The notes: generated by a model not told the origin, from the sequence alone. A stretch of DNA of 64,000 nucleotides from Ignavibacteriota bacterium (GCA_024636855.1 JAGXGG010000007.1:49895-113894); one strand, 5' to 3'. Shown: positions 10,101-19,401, numbered from the stretch's first letter. Program-made: numbers and translations.

Positions 10101-10464
10101 TGGTTTGGAATGTTTAGCTATTGAGACTGGAACTACTAGATCATTCTCATTAGGCTGTAATATAGCTAATTCACTAATATCAGACTTGACTTTCGCTGAG
10201 AATGGTTTTACTTCTGATTTAGTTGGTGAAAATCCTGTGAATGATGAATTGAATATACGTTATGAACTACCTTATGAAAATAATGTACGTATTGAATTAT
10301 ATAATTCTACTGGAGAATTGACTAAAGTAGTAAAAGAGGGTGCTGCCAAATTTGGTATAAGCAACGAGATACTTGATGTAAGTGATATTCCATCAGGTGT
10401 TTATATGCTTCGCTTTATTAGTGGACCATTCGTGAAGAGTCAAACATTCGTTAAAGTTAAATAG
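7126..10464 (+). CDS. large secreted vWA-domain protein with multiple Ig-like (ASH / choice-of-anchor-D-like) repeats and a T9SS C-terminal sorting domain
   Basis: Signal peptide ...NLQS/QE. MIDAS motif DASRS (7429-7443) plus VVFLTDGEHD. Repeated ~100-aa FG-N-V ... TP-type Ig modules. The C-terminus NDELNIRYELPYENNVRIELYNSTGEL...GVYMLRF...FVKVK is typical of a Por/T9SS CTD. TAAGGA SD lies before the ATG. Confidence 0.8.
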   Translation: MKRIILSILLLIVTISPNLQSQELPVFGITGLDASEFPLVKSYFIAKNGYLNDPYFKGAQNVPNPPDFDLSENGISKDLTSLIMKCAEIDGELPVHIALVVDASRSMFEPWRNGESRADVLERAVAEFIDSVKFKNGTSVHVVPFAGNNIPQNVWRDWNYTAADTKADFAYYTQLDGATDFNVPMYKEPNGRNVLEIFKSRPINDRKAVVFLTDGEHDNTNGNNPFKKDLIIEELQKRGIEFHSITFAADAFGSVNDLRQISQATGGIYYNANNEEDLREIYKEITDGFKSTSVCWLEWLSQLECDEVTERNVEVTFTRKNFPPPIKRDITYTPPADKAIAEITRDKDILFFDNNGKTTQEITLTAKVGDFHVTGFNVTNNNGNFNVPEFASVPAEGFLIEEGKSRKFTVNYIKTPSDAPASFDLVFETDLCPTKPVELIAPCGPTTQEIYFGNVNLSGSTDFTATDVFTNTSTSEMSGNITLSGANYTEFAIKTVNGIAGTAFTLSAGESMDVVLTITPTSKGTKAVTLDYGIITDCGVATSEITANVIEASLNMPPLTWGEIRIGNPVTEQYTITNPNDDPVEIESISLTDDTQGISLGEINGAIGNIASKGGTTSFEITFTPNVEGPITTELEVRVKNRVEVLTARLSGVGYVPKLKGNNLVFPSTEVYTSAAPMNLVIENTSDYGKMVVKNVYIKNTSDAGFSVDLTNFTGNAELAKGNSISIPINFTPQTVGALSGIVIVEADNVEGKEPVTFKLNEFTLSGESEPGDAVTLDTTVVGPILSCETKEILVNLPNVTKNEQTVDVVLIQTGNNFSIPSNQFTIPQGALAIGAKVDYNPTTIGTHTAVLEYTFSDGSKFIAPVKGTAVSSIEQLTFESAVYETELGRNLTTKFNIDLSRYSIRNDIAVNELVLTLRYNGRMLFMNEGGVKSNIGITPVIDLSNQVTGNNVTFTFNGPIPLDQNLTFEVPYLVTLGNDTVTTIEADANFIGLECLAIETGTTRSFSLGCNIANSLISDLTFAENGFTSDLVGENPVNDELNIRYELPYENNVRIELYNSTGELTKVVKEGAAKFGISNEILDVSDIPSGVYMLRFISGPFVKSQTFVKVK

Positions 10465-10494
10465 ACTTTTTCACAAAAGTTAAGAACTAAAAAG

Positions 10495-10521
10495 GCGGGT
10501 TATATCAAACCCGCTTTTTTT
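10495..10521 (+). terminator. rho-independent terminator
   Basis: Stem GCGGGT (10495-10500) / ACCCGC (10509-10514) followed by T7, 30 nt after the stop of the vWA gene. Confidence 0.7.
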
Positions 10522-10574
10522 ATGTTACTAAATGTATTATTTTTGACAACTTATTTTATTCAAAGAGCAAAAAA

Positions 10575-11642
10575 ATGATAGATAAAATCACTGAACGCTT
10601 AGGCGACCAAGCAAAAAATTTGTTAGAGTTTAATACTCCTAAAATCAGTAAAGATAGATTACATTTACCTTCACCGAACTTCGTAGATGATATATTCATC
10701 CAAACTGATAGAAATAACAGAGTATTGGGTAATTTGGAATGGATGTATCAAACTGGAAGATTGGCTAATACAGGCTATATGTCAATATTGCCAGTTGACC
10801 AAGGTATAGAGCATAGTGGTAGCGCAAGCTTCACAAAGAATCCTGATTACTTTGACCCAGAGAACATAGTGAAATTGGCTATAGAAGGTGGCTGTAATGC
10901 GGTTGCTTCTACTTATGGTGTATTGGGTATGGTAGCACGTAAATATGCTCACAAGATACCTTTTATCGTGAAAATCAATCATAATGAACTAATGACATCG
11001 CCAAATACTTTCGATCAAGTTATGTTTGGTAGTGTAGATAGAGCTTATGATATGGGAGCTGCCGCTGTTGGGGCTACTATATACTTCGGTTCTGAAGAAA
11101 GTACTGCACAGATAGTAGAAGTAGCAGAAGCTTTCGAAAGAGCTCATGAGTTAGGAATGGCAACTGTGCTTTGGTGTTATCTAAGAAGCAATGATTTCAA
11201 AGTAGATGGTGTAGATTATCATGCTGCTGCTGATTTGACTTCACAAGCAAATCACTTAGGTGTAACAATACAAGCTGATATAATAAAACAAAAATTGCCT
11301 ACTAATAACGGTGGCTATATCGCTCTTAATTCGCACGGTACTAGTTACGGTAAGTATGACAAAAATATGTATGAAACAATGGTTTCGGATCACCCAATTG
11401 ACTTAGCTAGATTGCAAGTAGCAAACTGCTATATGGGTAGAGCTGGACTTATCAATAGTGGTGGCGCTTCTGGAGCTAATGATATGCAAGATGCTGTTTC
11501 GACGGCTGTTATCAATAAACGTGCTGGTGGTTTGGGACTTATCTCTGGTAGAAAAGCATTCCAAAGACCACTTAATGAAGGTGTGGAATTGCTTAATGCT
11601 ATACAAGATGTTTACTTGAGCAAAGAAGTAACTATAGCGTAA
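10575..11642 (+). CDS. fbaB: class I fructose-bisphosphate aldolase (FbaB/DhnA type)
   Basis: Near full-length similarity to my recollection of E. coli FbaB: [75 protein letters not shown]. Confidence 0.9.
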   Translation: MIDKITERLGDQAKNLLEFNTPKISKDRLHLPSPNFVDDIFIQTDRNNRVLGNLEWMYQTGRLANTGYMSILPVDQGIEHSGSASFTKNPDYFDPENIVKLAIEGGCNAVASTYGVLGMVARKYAHKIPFIVKINHNELMTSPNTFDQVMFGSVDRAYDMGAAAVGATIYFGSEESTAQIVEVAEAFERAHELGMATVLWCYLRSNDFKVDGVDYHAAADLTSQANHLGVTIQADIIKQKLPTNNGGYIALNSHGTSYGKYDKNMYETMVSDHPIDLARLQVANCYMGRAGLINSGGASGANDMQDAVSTAVINKRAGGLGLISGRKAFQRPLNEGVELLNAIQDVYLSKEVTIA

Positions 11643-11670
11643 TAAAAAACGTAACCTGAATATTATTCTT

Positions 11671-11700
11671 AATCCCTCTTATAAGAGGGATTTTTATTTT
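11671..11700 (+). terminator. rho-independent terminator
   Basis: AATCCCTCTT / AAGAGGGATT inverted repeat followed by a T-run, directly after fbaB. Confidence 0.65.
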
Positions 11701-11709
11701 TTAAAGCCA

Positions 11710-13059
11710 ATGATATTTTCACAAGATTATAAAAATCATTACAAAGAGAATCTGAGAATAGGGTTTCCTGTTATTATGGGTCAGATAGGACACATGATGA
11801 CTGCACTTGTCGATAATGCTATGGTAGGTAATATAAACAGTACCTTACTAGCAGCATCATCGCTTGCCAATACAGTATTTATAATGATTTATATTTTCGG
11901 ACTCGGCTTATCAATTGGTCTGACCCCTGCTGTTGGACGTGCTTATGGAAATGAAAAGCATGGTCAAATAGCATCTTATCTTAAAAATGGAAAAATAATA
12001 TATCTTTGGACTGGGCTACTACTCACTATCGCTATGTGGGTTGCATCCTATTTCTTTGATAAACTCGACCAACCTGCTGAAGTAGTAGCAGAGGCAATAC
12101 CATACTTTTTAACGCTATCCTTTTCGATGGTGCCATTTATGTATTTTATGTCTCTCAAACAATTCGCTGAGGGAGTAACCTTGACTATGCCTGCGATGTG
12201 GGCGGGTTTAGCCGGTAACTTGGTTAATGTAGTCTTAAATTACTTACTTATTTACGGAGAGTTTGGTTTCCCAAGATGGGAGCTTTTCGGTGCTGGAGTT
12301 GCGACTACTATAGCTAGATCATTGATGGCTGTTTTTCTATTTATAATACTGAGCCGCGATAAGAGGGTGCAGAAATATTTGCGTGCCGCAAAGCGACTAA
12401 AAATACGCCGAGAGAGTGTAGTAAACCTTCTAAAAATCGGTGTACCTATTGGGTTCCAATTTGTGCTTGAAGTAAGTGCTTTTGTAGCTGGAACTATAAT
12501 GATGGGATGGTTAGGAGTATTCCAACTAGCAGCACATCAGATAGCTATTAGCTTGTCAGCACTAGCATTTCTAGTGGCTACCGGTATAGCTACTGCAGCT
12601 ACTATTAGAGTGAGTAACTTCCTTGGCAATGAGAAGTATAATAAAATGCGTGATGCAGGTAACTCAGCTTATATTATGGGTATGGCCCTTATGATATTCA
12701 CAGCTCTGTGTTTCATCTTCCTTGGTCGTCCTATATCCATGATATTCACAAATGATGAGATGGTGATTGCTATATCTACACAGTTGCTGATGATAGCTGG
12801 ATTTTTCCAGATAGTTGATGGTGCTCAAGCTGTTGGCCTAGGAATTTTGCGTGGATTAGAAGATGTAAAAATACCAACTATTATTGTTGTGATAGCATAT
12901 TGGGTGCTTAGTATTCCATTGTCATATATATTTGCATTCACTTTTGAAATGGGAGCTGTGGGTGTATGGTATGGCTACCTTGCAGGTCTTAGCTTCTCTG
13001 GATTGTTCCTCTATCTTAGATTTCTTCATTATTCGAAGAAACTAACTGGGAAGATGTAG
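11710..13059 (+). CDS. MATE family multidrug/sodium efflux transporter
   Basis: 449 aa with about 12 hydrophobic segments. The N-terminal PVIMGQIGHMMTALVDNAMVGN pattern is typical of NorM/MATE proteins. Confidence 0.8.
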   Translation: MIFSQDYKNHYKENLRIGFPVIMGQIGHMMTALVDNAMVGNINSTLLAASSLANTVFIMIYIFGLGLSIGLTPAVGRAYGNEKHGQIASYLKNGKIIYLWTGLLLTIAMWVASYFFDKLDQPAEVVAEAIPYFLTLSFSMVPFMYFMSLKQFAEGVTLTMPAMWAGLAGNLVNVVLNYLLIYGEFGFPRWELFGAGVATTIARSLMAVFLFIILSRDKRVQKYLRAAKRLKIRRESVVNLLKIGVPIGFQFVLEVSAFVAGTIMMGWLGVFQLAAHQIAISLSALAFLVATGIATAATIRVSNFLGNEKYNKMRDAGNSAYIMGMALMIFTALCFIFLGRPISMIFTNDEMVIAISTQLLMIAGFFQIVDGAQAVGLGILRGLEDVKIPTIIVVIAYWVLSIPLSYIFAFTFEMGAVGVWYGYLAGLSFSGLFLYLRFLHYSKKLTGKM

Positions 13060-13143
13060 TAGCTATTCGTATTTTGAATTTGTTGCATCAAATCCATTAA
13101 CTAGAAATTGAAATATTAAGAGATTAATCTAAGCTTTCATATT

Positions 13144-13863
13144 TTATTTTGATTCTATCTCAAATCTTGCTTTAATTTCAAATCTCAATTTGATTTTTTT
13201 ATCATTGTCGACATTTTTATTGTCTGGTGAACTCATTGTTGAATTACTCATAGTTAGATCACGACTCCAGTAGTTGGGTTGCGTTTCAATCTCAGTAATT
13301 GAAATAACACCACCCAGTTTTTTATCGATTGATTCTAACAAATATTCGGCTTTCTCTTTTGCCTCTTTCAGGGCTCTTTTCTTGACTTCTTTTCTGTAAT
13401 TTGATAGTTCCTTATTCTTTAATTCACCAATATTTATATAATCGATACCTTTTTTATCTAGCTTAGAGAGGATAGTATCAATTGTTTTAAAGTCTTTTAA
13501 AGTTAATTCTATCTGTTTACTAATTAACATTTCATTATTAAACCAACCTCTATAATTCCCGATTTCGGTAATTCTAATATTCTTTTTTTCAAGACCTAAT
13601 TCTGATAGCTTTTCTAATAATGGGGTTTCAATATCCTTTATTAGTACTTTATTCTTATACTTTTTTACATTTAGATAAGTTACTGTATCTTGTTCCCAGT
13701 ACTCATCTTTCCAATACTCTTCGATTCGTATTATATAGATAAATTCATCTGGCTCTATGAACATCTCTGCACTTCCAGTTACCTCAATGTACTTTGTGTC
13801 TTGCGTATATGAGTTTAAGCTAAGGCTAAAAAATAGTATTATAAATATAAAATTACGATTCAT
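13144..13863 (-). CDS. SIMPL/DUF541-like periplasmic protein
   Basis: Signal peptide ...NSYT/QD. YIEVTGSAEMFIEPDEF start and alternating beta C-terminus resemble the SIMPL family. Motif-level only. Confidence 0.5.
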   Translation of the reverse strand: MNRNFIFIILFFSLSLNSYTQDTKYIEVTGSAEMFIEPDEFIYIIRIEEYWKDEYWEQDTVTYLNVKKYKNKVLIKDIETPLLEKLSELGLEKKNIRITEIGNYRGWFNNEMLISKQIELTLKDFKTIDTILSKLDKKGIDYINIGELKNKELSNYRKEVKKRALKEAKEKAEYLLESIDKKLGGVISITEIETQPNYWSRDLTMSNSTMSSPDNKNVDNDKKIKLRFEIKARFEIESK

Positions 13864-13964
13864 ATAATTGCCTCTTTAAAATTAAATTTAAGAAATATCA
13901 ATGTTATCAGAATAATAAGATAAATGTACGTATTAACTTATTCTTAAGTTCGTTATGAGACCCA

Positions 13965-14795
13965 TCACTCACCTAGCTTCACCTTGAATAGTTTAGGCCA
14001 AAGTTTTCCTGTTAGATAGAATACTTTCTCGTTTTCATCATAAGCGATACCGTTTAGAACGTCAATAGCTGGGTTGTAGCTAACTCGGTCATATAGCTCA
14101 GCCATATTATATGCCGCTACTATGTTTCCTGCTTCTATGTCTATTTTCACGATATCTGCTCTTCGCCATAGGTTCGCATATAGGAATCCATCAGCAAATT
14201 CTAGTTCATTCAGGTAATCTACTTTGTTGCCGTTCATAGTTACGTTTATAGTCTTTTCTATTACGAATGTTTCGGGGTCTATGACCTTGATTACGGAGCT
14301 ACCATCAGTCATATAGATTTTACCGTCGTGGTATTCTATTCCCCAACCTTCGCCTATATAATTGAACTCTTTTTCTAATTCGAATGTCTTTTTGTTAAAG
14401 ACAAAACATTTACCAGCTGTGTAGCTTATCATATATATTTTATCACCAACTTCGCATATACCCTCTGAGAAAATATAATCTGGCATGGTGTGAGTCTGCG
14501 CGATTGGTTGTCCAGGTATGTATCGTACTAATCGCGATTGCCCTCTCATACCGCCGCTCTCGTACATCATACCTTTACTCATGAATAACCCTTGTGTAAA
14601 TAGAGTGCTATCGTGAGTGTACTCATTGATTATCTTGTAGCCGGGGTATTTGACTATAATATGATTTTGAGCTTGTGGTTTGTCATTGGTGATGTCTTGT
14701 GACGACTTCCCGTCCCCACAAGCAAACCCCATAAACATTAGTAATGGTAATATCAGCGTTGTGCCGAGTATTCTATGCAAAGAATTTTTGCCCAT
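13965..14795 (-). CDS. glutaminyl-peptide cyclotransferase (beta-propeller, plant/bacterial type), lipoprotein
   Basis: Lipobox MGFAC. Motifs FTQGLF, EGWGIEYHDGKIYMTDGSS, LNELEFADGFLYANLW and VLNGIAYDENEKVFYLTGKLWPKLF are typical of the glutamine cyclotransferase family. Confidence 0.85.
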   Translation of the reverse strand: MGKNSLHRILGTTLILPLLMFMGFACGDGKSSQDITNDKPQAQNHIIVKYPGYKIINEYTHDSTLFTQGLFMSKGMMYESGGMRGQSRLVRYIPGQPIAQTHTMPDYIFSEGICEVGDKIYMISYTAGKCFVFNKKTFELEKEFNYIGEGWGIEYHDGKIYMTDGSSVIKVIDPETFVIEKTINVTMNGNKVDYLNELEFADGFLYANLWRRADIVKIDIEAGNIVAAYNMAELYDRVSYNPAIDVLNGIAYDENEKVFYLTGKLWPKLFKVKLGE

Positions 14796-15945
14796 TCTCT
14801 TTCATCTTCTTTAATAGGAAATTAGTGCGGTATCTATCCTCACCATAGTTGTTTTGTAGGTCTTCTAATATGTGGGTGCAATAATCTAATCCAAGCTCAT
14901 CAGCCCATGCTAATAGCCCTTTGGGATAGTTCACGCCTTTCGTCATTGCTAGCTCTACATCTTCTGGACTTGCTACATTCATGTGAACAGCATCTGCCGC
15001 TTCATTTATCAGCATAGCCAATATTCTCTCGAATATCTGTTTGCCAAGTACTGCGTTTTTCGTTGGCTCTGTGTTAGTAGCTCCTTCTCGATAATCGTAG
15101 AATCCACGGCTCGATTTTCTTCCCAAAAATCCTGCTTCAACCAATCGCTTTTGGCAAAGTGCTGGCTTGAATCTAGGATCATAATAGAACTGCTCGAACA
15201 CAGTTTCTGTAACTGCATAGTTCACATCGTGACCGATATAATCAGTCAGCTCAAATGGTCCCATTCGGAAGCCACCAATCTCTTTCATTGCCCAATCTAT
15301 AGTTGGTATATCAGCGATTCCTTCTTCGTAGATTCGCATTGCTTCTCCGTAGAAGGGGCGAGCAACACGATTGACTATAAAGCCAGGAGTATCCTTTGCC
15401 AATACTGTTATTTTCTTCCAACCATCTATCAAATCGCGAGAAGTTTTTGTTACTTCTGCTGATGTGATGAAAGATGGTATAATCTCCACCAATGGCATTA
15501 ACGGCGCTGGATTGAAGAAGTGTATTCCGATGAAATTCTCGGGGTTTTCCAAAGCACCTGCTATAGATGCAATAGAAAGTGATGATGTATTTGAAGCTAA
15601 TATAGTACCATCAGCCGTCAATTTCTCCAAGTCTTGGAATACTTTTTTCTTGATTTCTAGATTCTCGACTATAGCTTCTATCACTAGGTTACAATCCTTA
15701 GCCGCATCTAATGAATGCGAGAAAGTGATATTGCCAAGTATAGCCGTTTTCTTTTCTTCTGTTATTCTTTCTTTTTCTACTAGCCGAGCTAGTATTGCTT
15801 CGAGTGTTGATTTGGCTTTGGTAAGTGCGGCTTCGTTTACATCATAAAGTACAACCTTATGACCAAAAGTAGCTGCTATCTGAGCAATACCTTGCCCCAT
15901 AGTACCCGAACCAATCACACCTATTATTGAATTGTTGTTTAGCAT
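14773..15945 (-). CDS. 3-hydroxyacyl-CoA / 3-hydroxybutyryl-CoA dehydrogenase (NAD-binding)
   Basis: Rossmann motif IGVIGSGTMGQGIAQ, NTSSLSI, PGFIVNRV, plus an extra C-terminal 3HCDH-like segment. Confidence 0.85.
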   Translation of the reverse strand: MLNNNSIIGVIGSGTMGQGIAQIAATFGHKVVLYDVNEAALTKAKSTLEAILARLVEKERITEEKKTAILGNITFSHSLDAAKDCNLVIEAIVENLEIKKKVFQDLEKLTADGTILASNTSSLSIASIAGALENPENFIGIHFFNPAPLMPLVEIIPSFITSAEVTKTSRDLIDGWKKITVLAKDTPGFIVNRVARPFYGEAMRIYEEGIADIPTIDWAMKEIGGFRMGPFELTDYIGHDVNYAVTETVFEQFYYDPRFKPALCQKRLVEAGFLGRKSSRGFYDYREGATNTEPTKNAVLGKQIFERILAMLINEAADAVHMNVASPEDVELAMTKGVNYPKGLLAWADELGLDYCTHILEDLQNNYGEDRYRTNFLLKKMKENGQKFFA

Positions 15946-16341
15946 TTATTTCTCGTTGTTGTTTCTACTTTCATTCGTATTAACTCTAATATATGTAACT
16001 GTATCATTGTACTTATAATCCCCTAGAACCAAATTATGGCTGAAACCAGTTAAAATCAATGTATCATTGGAATGTTGAATTATATTTAGATTCTCATGAA
16101 CATCACTTAGGTTAAGTGATAACCCACCATCGCAAGTACAAAATATACCAGTATCTATCGAATCAAGATTATTAAATAAAGTAACTAATGAATCTGACTC
16201 AAGCATTATCCCTGGATAATTGAGCCGTTGTATATTGTCTTCACTTATTCTCCATTCACCTACTATCTCTTTGTTTTGAATGCTGTATCCAAAACTAGAT
16301 AATGGGAAAAAACCAATTAATATAATTCTAATAGTTTTCAT
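15946..16341 (-). CDS. hypothetical secreted protein (131 aa)
   Basis: N-terminal signal peptide. Its stop abuts the start of the dehydrogenase gene. No motif recognised. Confidence 0.45.
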   Translation of the reverse strand: MKTIRIILIGFFPLSSFGYSIQNKEIVGEWRISEDNIQRLNYPGIMLESDSLVTLFNNLDSIDTGIFCTCDGGLSLNLSDVHENLNIIQHSNDTLILTGFSHNLVLGDYKYNDTVTYIRVNTNESRNNNEK

Positions 16342-16394
16342 TCATCTTTGATTGAATTTACCTATTTCACTTAAAAGTATTGCTTCTACAGGTG

Positions 16395-16799
16395 TTATTC
16401 TATTCTTAGTATTTGGGAATTCTTTTCCAATGGTTCTAATATTCTTTCTTTCAAATTTATAATATATTTTGATGTAAACTTATTATATGTCAGATTTTCT
16501 ATTCCTAACCTTTCAAGTATAATAGTATCTTTATCAACTTTATAATTGCCTTGATAAGTACAACTATAGTCAATTTCTGAAAAGTTTAATGCAAAGGTAT
16601 TATCTTCATATAAAACTAATCGACTTTTTTCTGATTCTATATTTCCAATTAATATGACGTTAGTCCAGAACTTCTTATCTTCTAAGTTACTAATAATGAA
16701 TACCGAAATTCCAAAAAATAACATAATAAGTAAAGGGATAAAATCAAACCTTTGCTTTTTCTTTGTTACTTCAACCAAGTTTGAATTAATTATATACAC
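16395..16799 (-). CDS. hypothetical membrane protein; probably longer at the N-terminus (frame open up to 16952)
   Basis: The track ORF starts at GTG 16799. The same frame is stop-free for 51 more codons that encode two further TM-like segments (see findings). Confidence 0.45.
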   Translation of the reverse strand: MYIINSNLVEVTKKKQRFDFIPLLIMLFFGISVFIISNLEDKKFWTNVILIGNIESEKSRLVLYEDNTFALNFSEIDYSCTYQGNYKVDKDTIILERLGIENLTYNKFTSKYIINLKERILEPLEKNSQILRIE

Positions 16800-16978
16800 G
16801 AAGATAATAGCAAGTAGAAAACTAATTAAAGTAATACTTAAACCACTTATAAGTCCAATGCAATAGTCCCCAACAGGAAGAATATTATAAAATATTAGTA
16901 TCCATAATACTATTATAATTCCATATTTAAAAAGTCTCGTTTTTAAAATAAGTTACTCTATCAATTTAGTAATAATAT

Positions 16979-18430
16979 TTACTTACCTGCTTTACTCTTA
17001 ATGAAATTATAAAGCAAACGAACACCAACACCTGAACCGCCTTTTAATCTGTAGCTACTAGGGGAATCCAAGAAAGCAGGACCAGCTATATCCAAGTGAA
17101 TATAAGGATAGTCTGTGAATCTCTCTAAGAATTTACCAGCCGTGATAGCTCCTGCTTCGCGTCCACCAATGTTTTTCATGTCAGCGATGTCAGATTTCAG
17201 CATTTCCGAATAGTCATCCCAGAATGGGAACTTCGCTATTCTTTCGAATACTTCGTAGCTAGAATCAGAAAGCGATTCGAATTCTTTATCATCAGCAGTA
17301 CCCATAGCTACTATCCCATTAGCTCCAATAGCCACAGCAGCAGCACCAGTCAAAGTAGCCAAATCAACTACTAATTCTGGTTTGTATCTCTTAGCATAGT
17401 GAAGTGCATCAGCTAATATCATACGTCCTTCGGCATCCGTATTAAGAACCTCAACTGTCAGACCACTCATCATCTTAATAACATCACCCGGAGTGTATGC
17501 CAAACCATCTGGTCTGTTCTCAGTAGCAGGCACTAGCCCAATCACGTGAACTGGTAGCTTATTCTCAGCGATTGTAGCCATAGCTCCAATCACAGCAGCA
17601 GCTCCACCCATATCAGCTTTCATCGAGTCCATAGACCCTTTTGTCGACTTCAAGCTAAGTCCACCAGTATCATACACAACACCTTTACCAACTAATACGA
17701 TTGGCTTTTTATTGACTGCTTTTGCTGGCTTCCATTCCATTATATTGAATGTAGGAGGATTAGGAGTACCAAGGTTAACTGCTAATAGTCCACCCATTCC
17801 TAGTTTTTCGATTTCTTTTTTGTTCAAGCATTTGAATTTGAAACCAGATTTTTTGCTGATTCTTTTGATTTCATTGCTTAGCTCTTCCGCTGTTAAGTAT
17901 GATAATGGCTCGTTCACGAGAGTTCTTGCTTCGTAAACATTGCCCGCAATTGATACTAATTCATCTATATTTGCCTTAGTGATACTAGCATCTAAAACAT
18001 ATAAATCTTTCAGAGTGTAAGCTCTCTTTTTAGCATCTTCGAAATACTTTAGGAACTGATAATTAGAAAGAGCAAACCCTTCTATGTATGCCATAGTATA
18101 AGCAGTAGATCCAGTCAAATCGCTAACAGTAACTGAAGTTTCTTTTACAGAGTTCAATGCGTTTGACGTACTGAAAGCTTGCTTACGAGCTTCTTCCAAG
18201 TTCAAATATTCTTCTTTTTTGTCAGCTTTCTTCTCTACTACCACAGTGCCAATAGCTCTGTTAATAGTCGCTGATTTATTCTCTGATTTGAATTGCTTTG
18301 CTACATAGTCCAACTCATCTTTTGACAATCCGCTATCTTTCAAATCTGCAGCCGAATTTACTATATAAACTATGCTTGCTTTCGGCTTGATAGCCTTTAC
18401 TTTACTAATCTTTAATTTCATTTCACTCAT
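16979..18430 (-). CDS. pepA: leucyl aminopeptidase, M17 family
   Basis: Motifs VGKGVVYDTGGLSLK, NTDAEGRMILADAL, DLATLTGA. Confidence 0.9.
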   Translation of the reverse strand: MSEMKLKISKVKAIKPKASIVYIVNSAADLKDSGLSKDELDYVAKQFKSENKSATINRAIGTVVVEKKADKKEEYLNLEEARKQAFSTSNALNSVKETSVTVSDLTGSTAYTMAYIEGFALSNYQFLKYFEDAKKRAYTLKDLYVLDASITKANIDELVSIAGNVYEARTLVNEPLSYLTAEELSNEIKRISKKSGFKFKCLNKKEIEKLGMGGLLAVNLGTPNPPTFNIMEWKPAKAVNKKPIVLVGKGVVYDTGGLSLKSTKGSMDSMKADMGGAAAVIGAMATIAENKLPVHVIGLVPATENRPDGLAYTPGDVIKMMSGLTVEVLNTDAEGRMILADALHYAKRYKPELVVDLATLTGAAAVAIGANGIVAMGTADDKEFESLSDSSYEVFERIAKFPFWDDYSEMLKSDIADMKNIGGREAGAITAGKFLERFTDYPYIHLDIAGPAFLDSPSSYRLKGGSGVGVRLLYNFIKSKAGK

Positions 18431-18434
18431 CTTA

Positions 18435-19211
18435 TTATTTCCCTTTGAATATTGGTTGTCTTTTTTCTAAAAATGCAGCTACACCTTCGTTGTAATCGTA
18501 AGATTCGCTCGCTGTTTTTTGTAATTTTTTTTCTGTGTCTAACTGTTCGTCAAACGTATTTTCTAATGATTTGTTCAGTGCTCTTTTTGTTAGCCCCAAT
18601 CCCTTAGTAGGCATTTGTGCTAATCGGTTAGCTAGAGCAGTAGCCGAGTTCATCAGCTCATCAGCAGGCACTACATCATAGATAAGCCCTAGCTCTTTGG
18701 CTCTGTCAGCCGTTACCTTATCGCCGGTCATCATCAGAGCGGCTGCGTTTTGCATACCAATCATACGTGGCAAATAGAAAGTCCCACCGCTATCTGGTAT
18801 CAAACCAATCTGAGCGAATGACTGTATGAATTTAGCCGAATCCGCCGCCAAAGTAATATCACATGCAAATGCGATATTAGCACCAGCGCCAGCTGCCACA
18901 CCATTCACAGCGCATACTATCGGCTTTTCGATAGAGCGAAGTAATTTCACTATTGGGTTGTACTGCTTTTCTATGATATCTTCTATCTCGTAAGCACCAT
19001 CGCCTACGGCTTCCGAAAGGTCTTGCCCAGCACAAAAGCCACGCCCCTCACCAGTCAAAAGCACAGCACGAACTTCGTCATTCGCCTCGCATTGTCCTAG
19101 AGCATCGATTAATTCGAGTGACATCTGGCGGTTAAAACTATTGAGTTTATCGGGTCTGTTGAGTGTGATATGTGCCACACCACTCTCAATTTTAAATATA
19201 ATATTATCCAT
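18435..19211 (-). CDS. enoyl-CoA hydratase/isomerase (crotonase; PaaG-like)
   Basis: Motifs GEGRGFCAGQDL, CAVNGVAAGAGANIA, GLIPDSGGT, YDYNEGVAAFLEKRQPIFKGK. Resembles my recollection of E. coli PaaG along its length. Confidence 0.85.
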   Translation of the reverse strand: MDNIIFKIESGVAHITLNRPDKLNSFNRQMSLELIDALGQCEANDEVRAVLLTGEGRGFCAGQDLSEAVGDGAYEIEDIIEKQYNPIVKLLRSIEKPIVCAVNGVAAGAGANIAFACDITLAADSAKFIQSFAQIGLIPDSGGTFYLPRMIGMQNAAALMMTGDKVTADRAKELGLIYDVVPADELMNSATALANRLAQMPTKGLGLTKRALNKSLENTFDEQLDTEKKLQKTASESYDYNEGVAAFLEKRQPIFKGK

Positions 19212-19401
19212 AATCTATTTTAAAGTATTTGTTTAATAACAATTACAAATATACGGAAAAGGGATTAGAATGTAAGGGAGGGGGATAGTAATAAAATTAA
19301 GTGCCTATAAGTAGGTATTTTTCAAAATAGGGGAAGTTCTACTTTTCTAAAAGTTATAAATATATTAACTTGTTAAATAATAATATTTCAACAGAGAGGA
19401 A

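Noticed and set aside
10538-10545. TATTTTTG matching the Bacteroidetes TAnnTTTG -7 promoter box upstream of fbaB.
   Set aside because: There is no convincing TTTG -33 partner. Such octamers are expected by chance in AT-rich DNA, and frequent SD sites suggest a different promoter/RBS regime.
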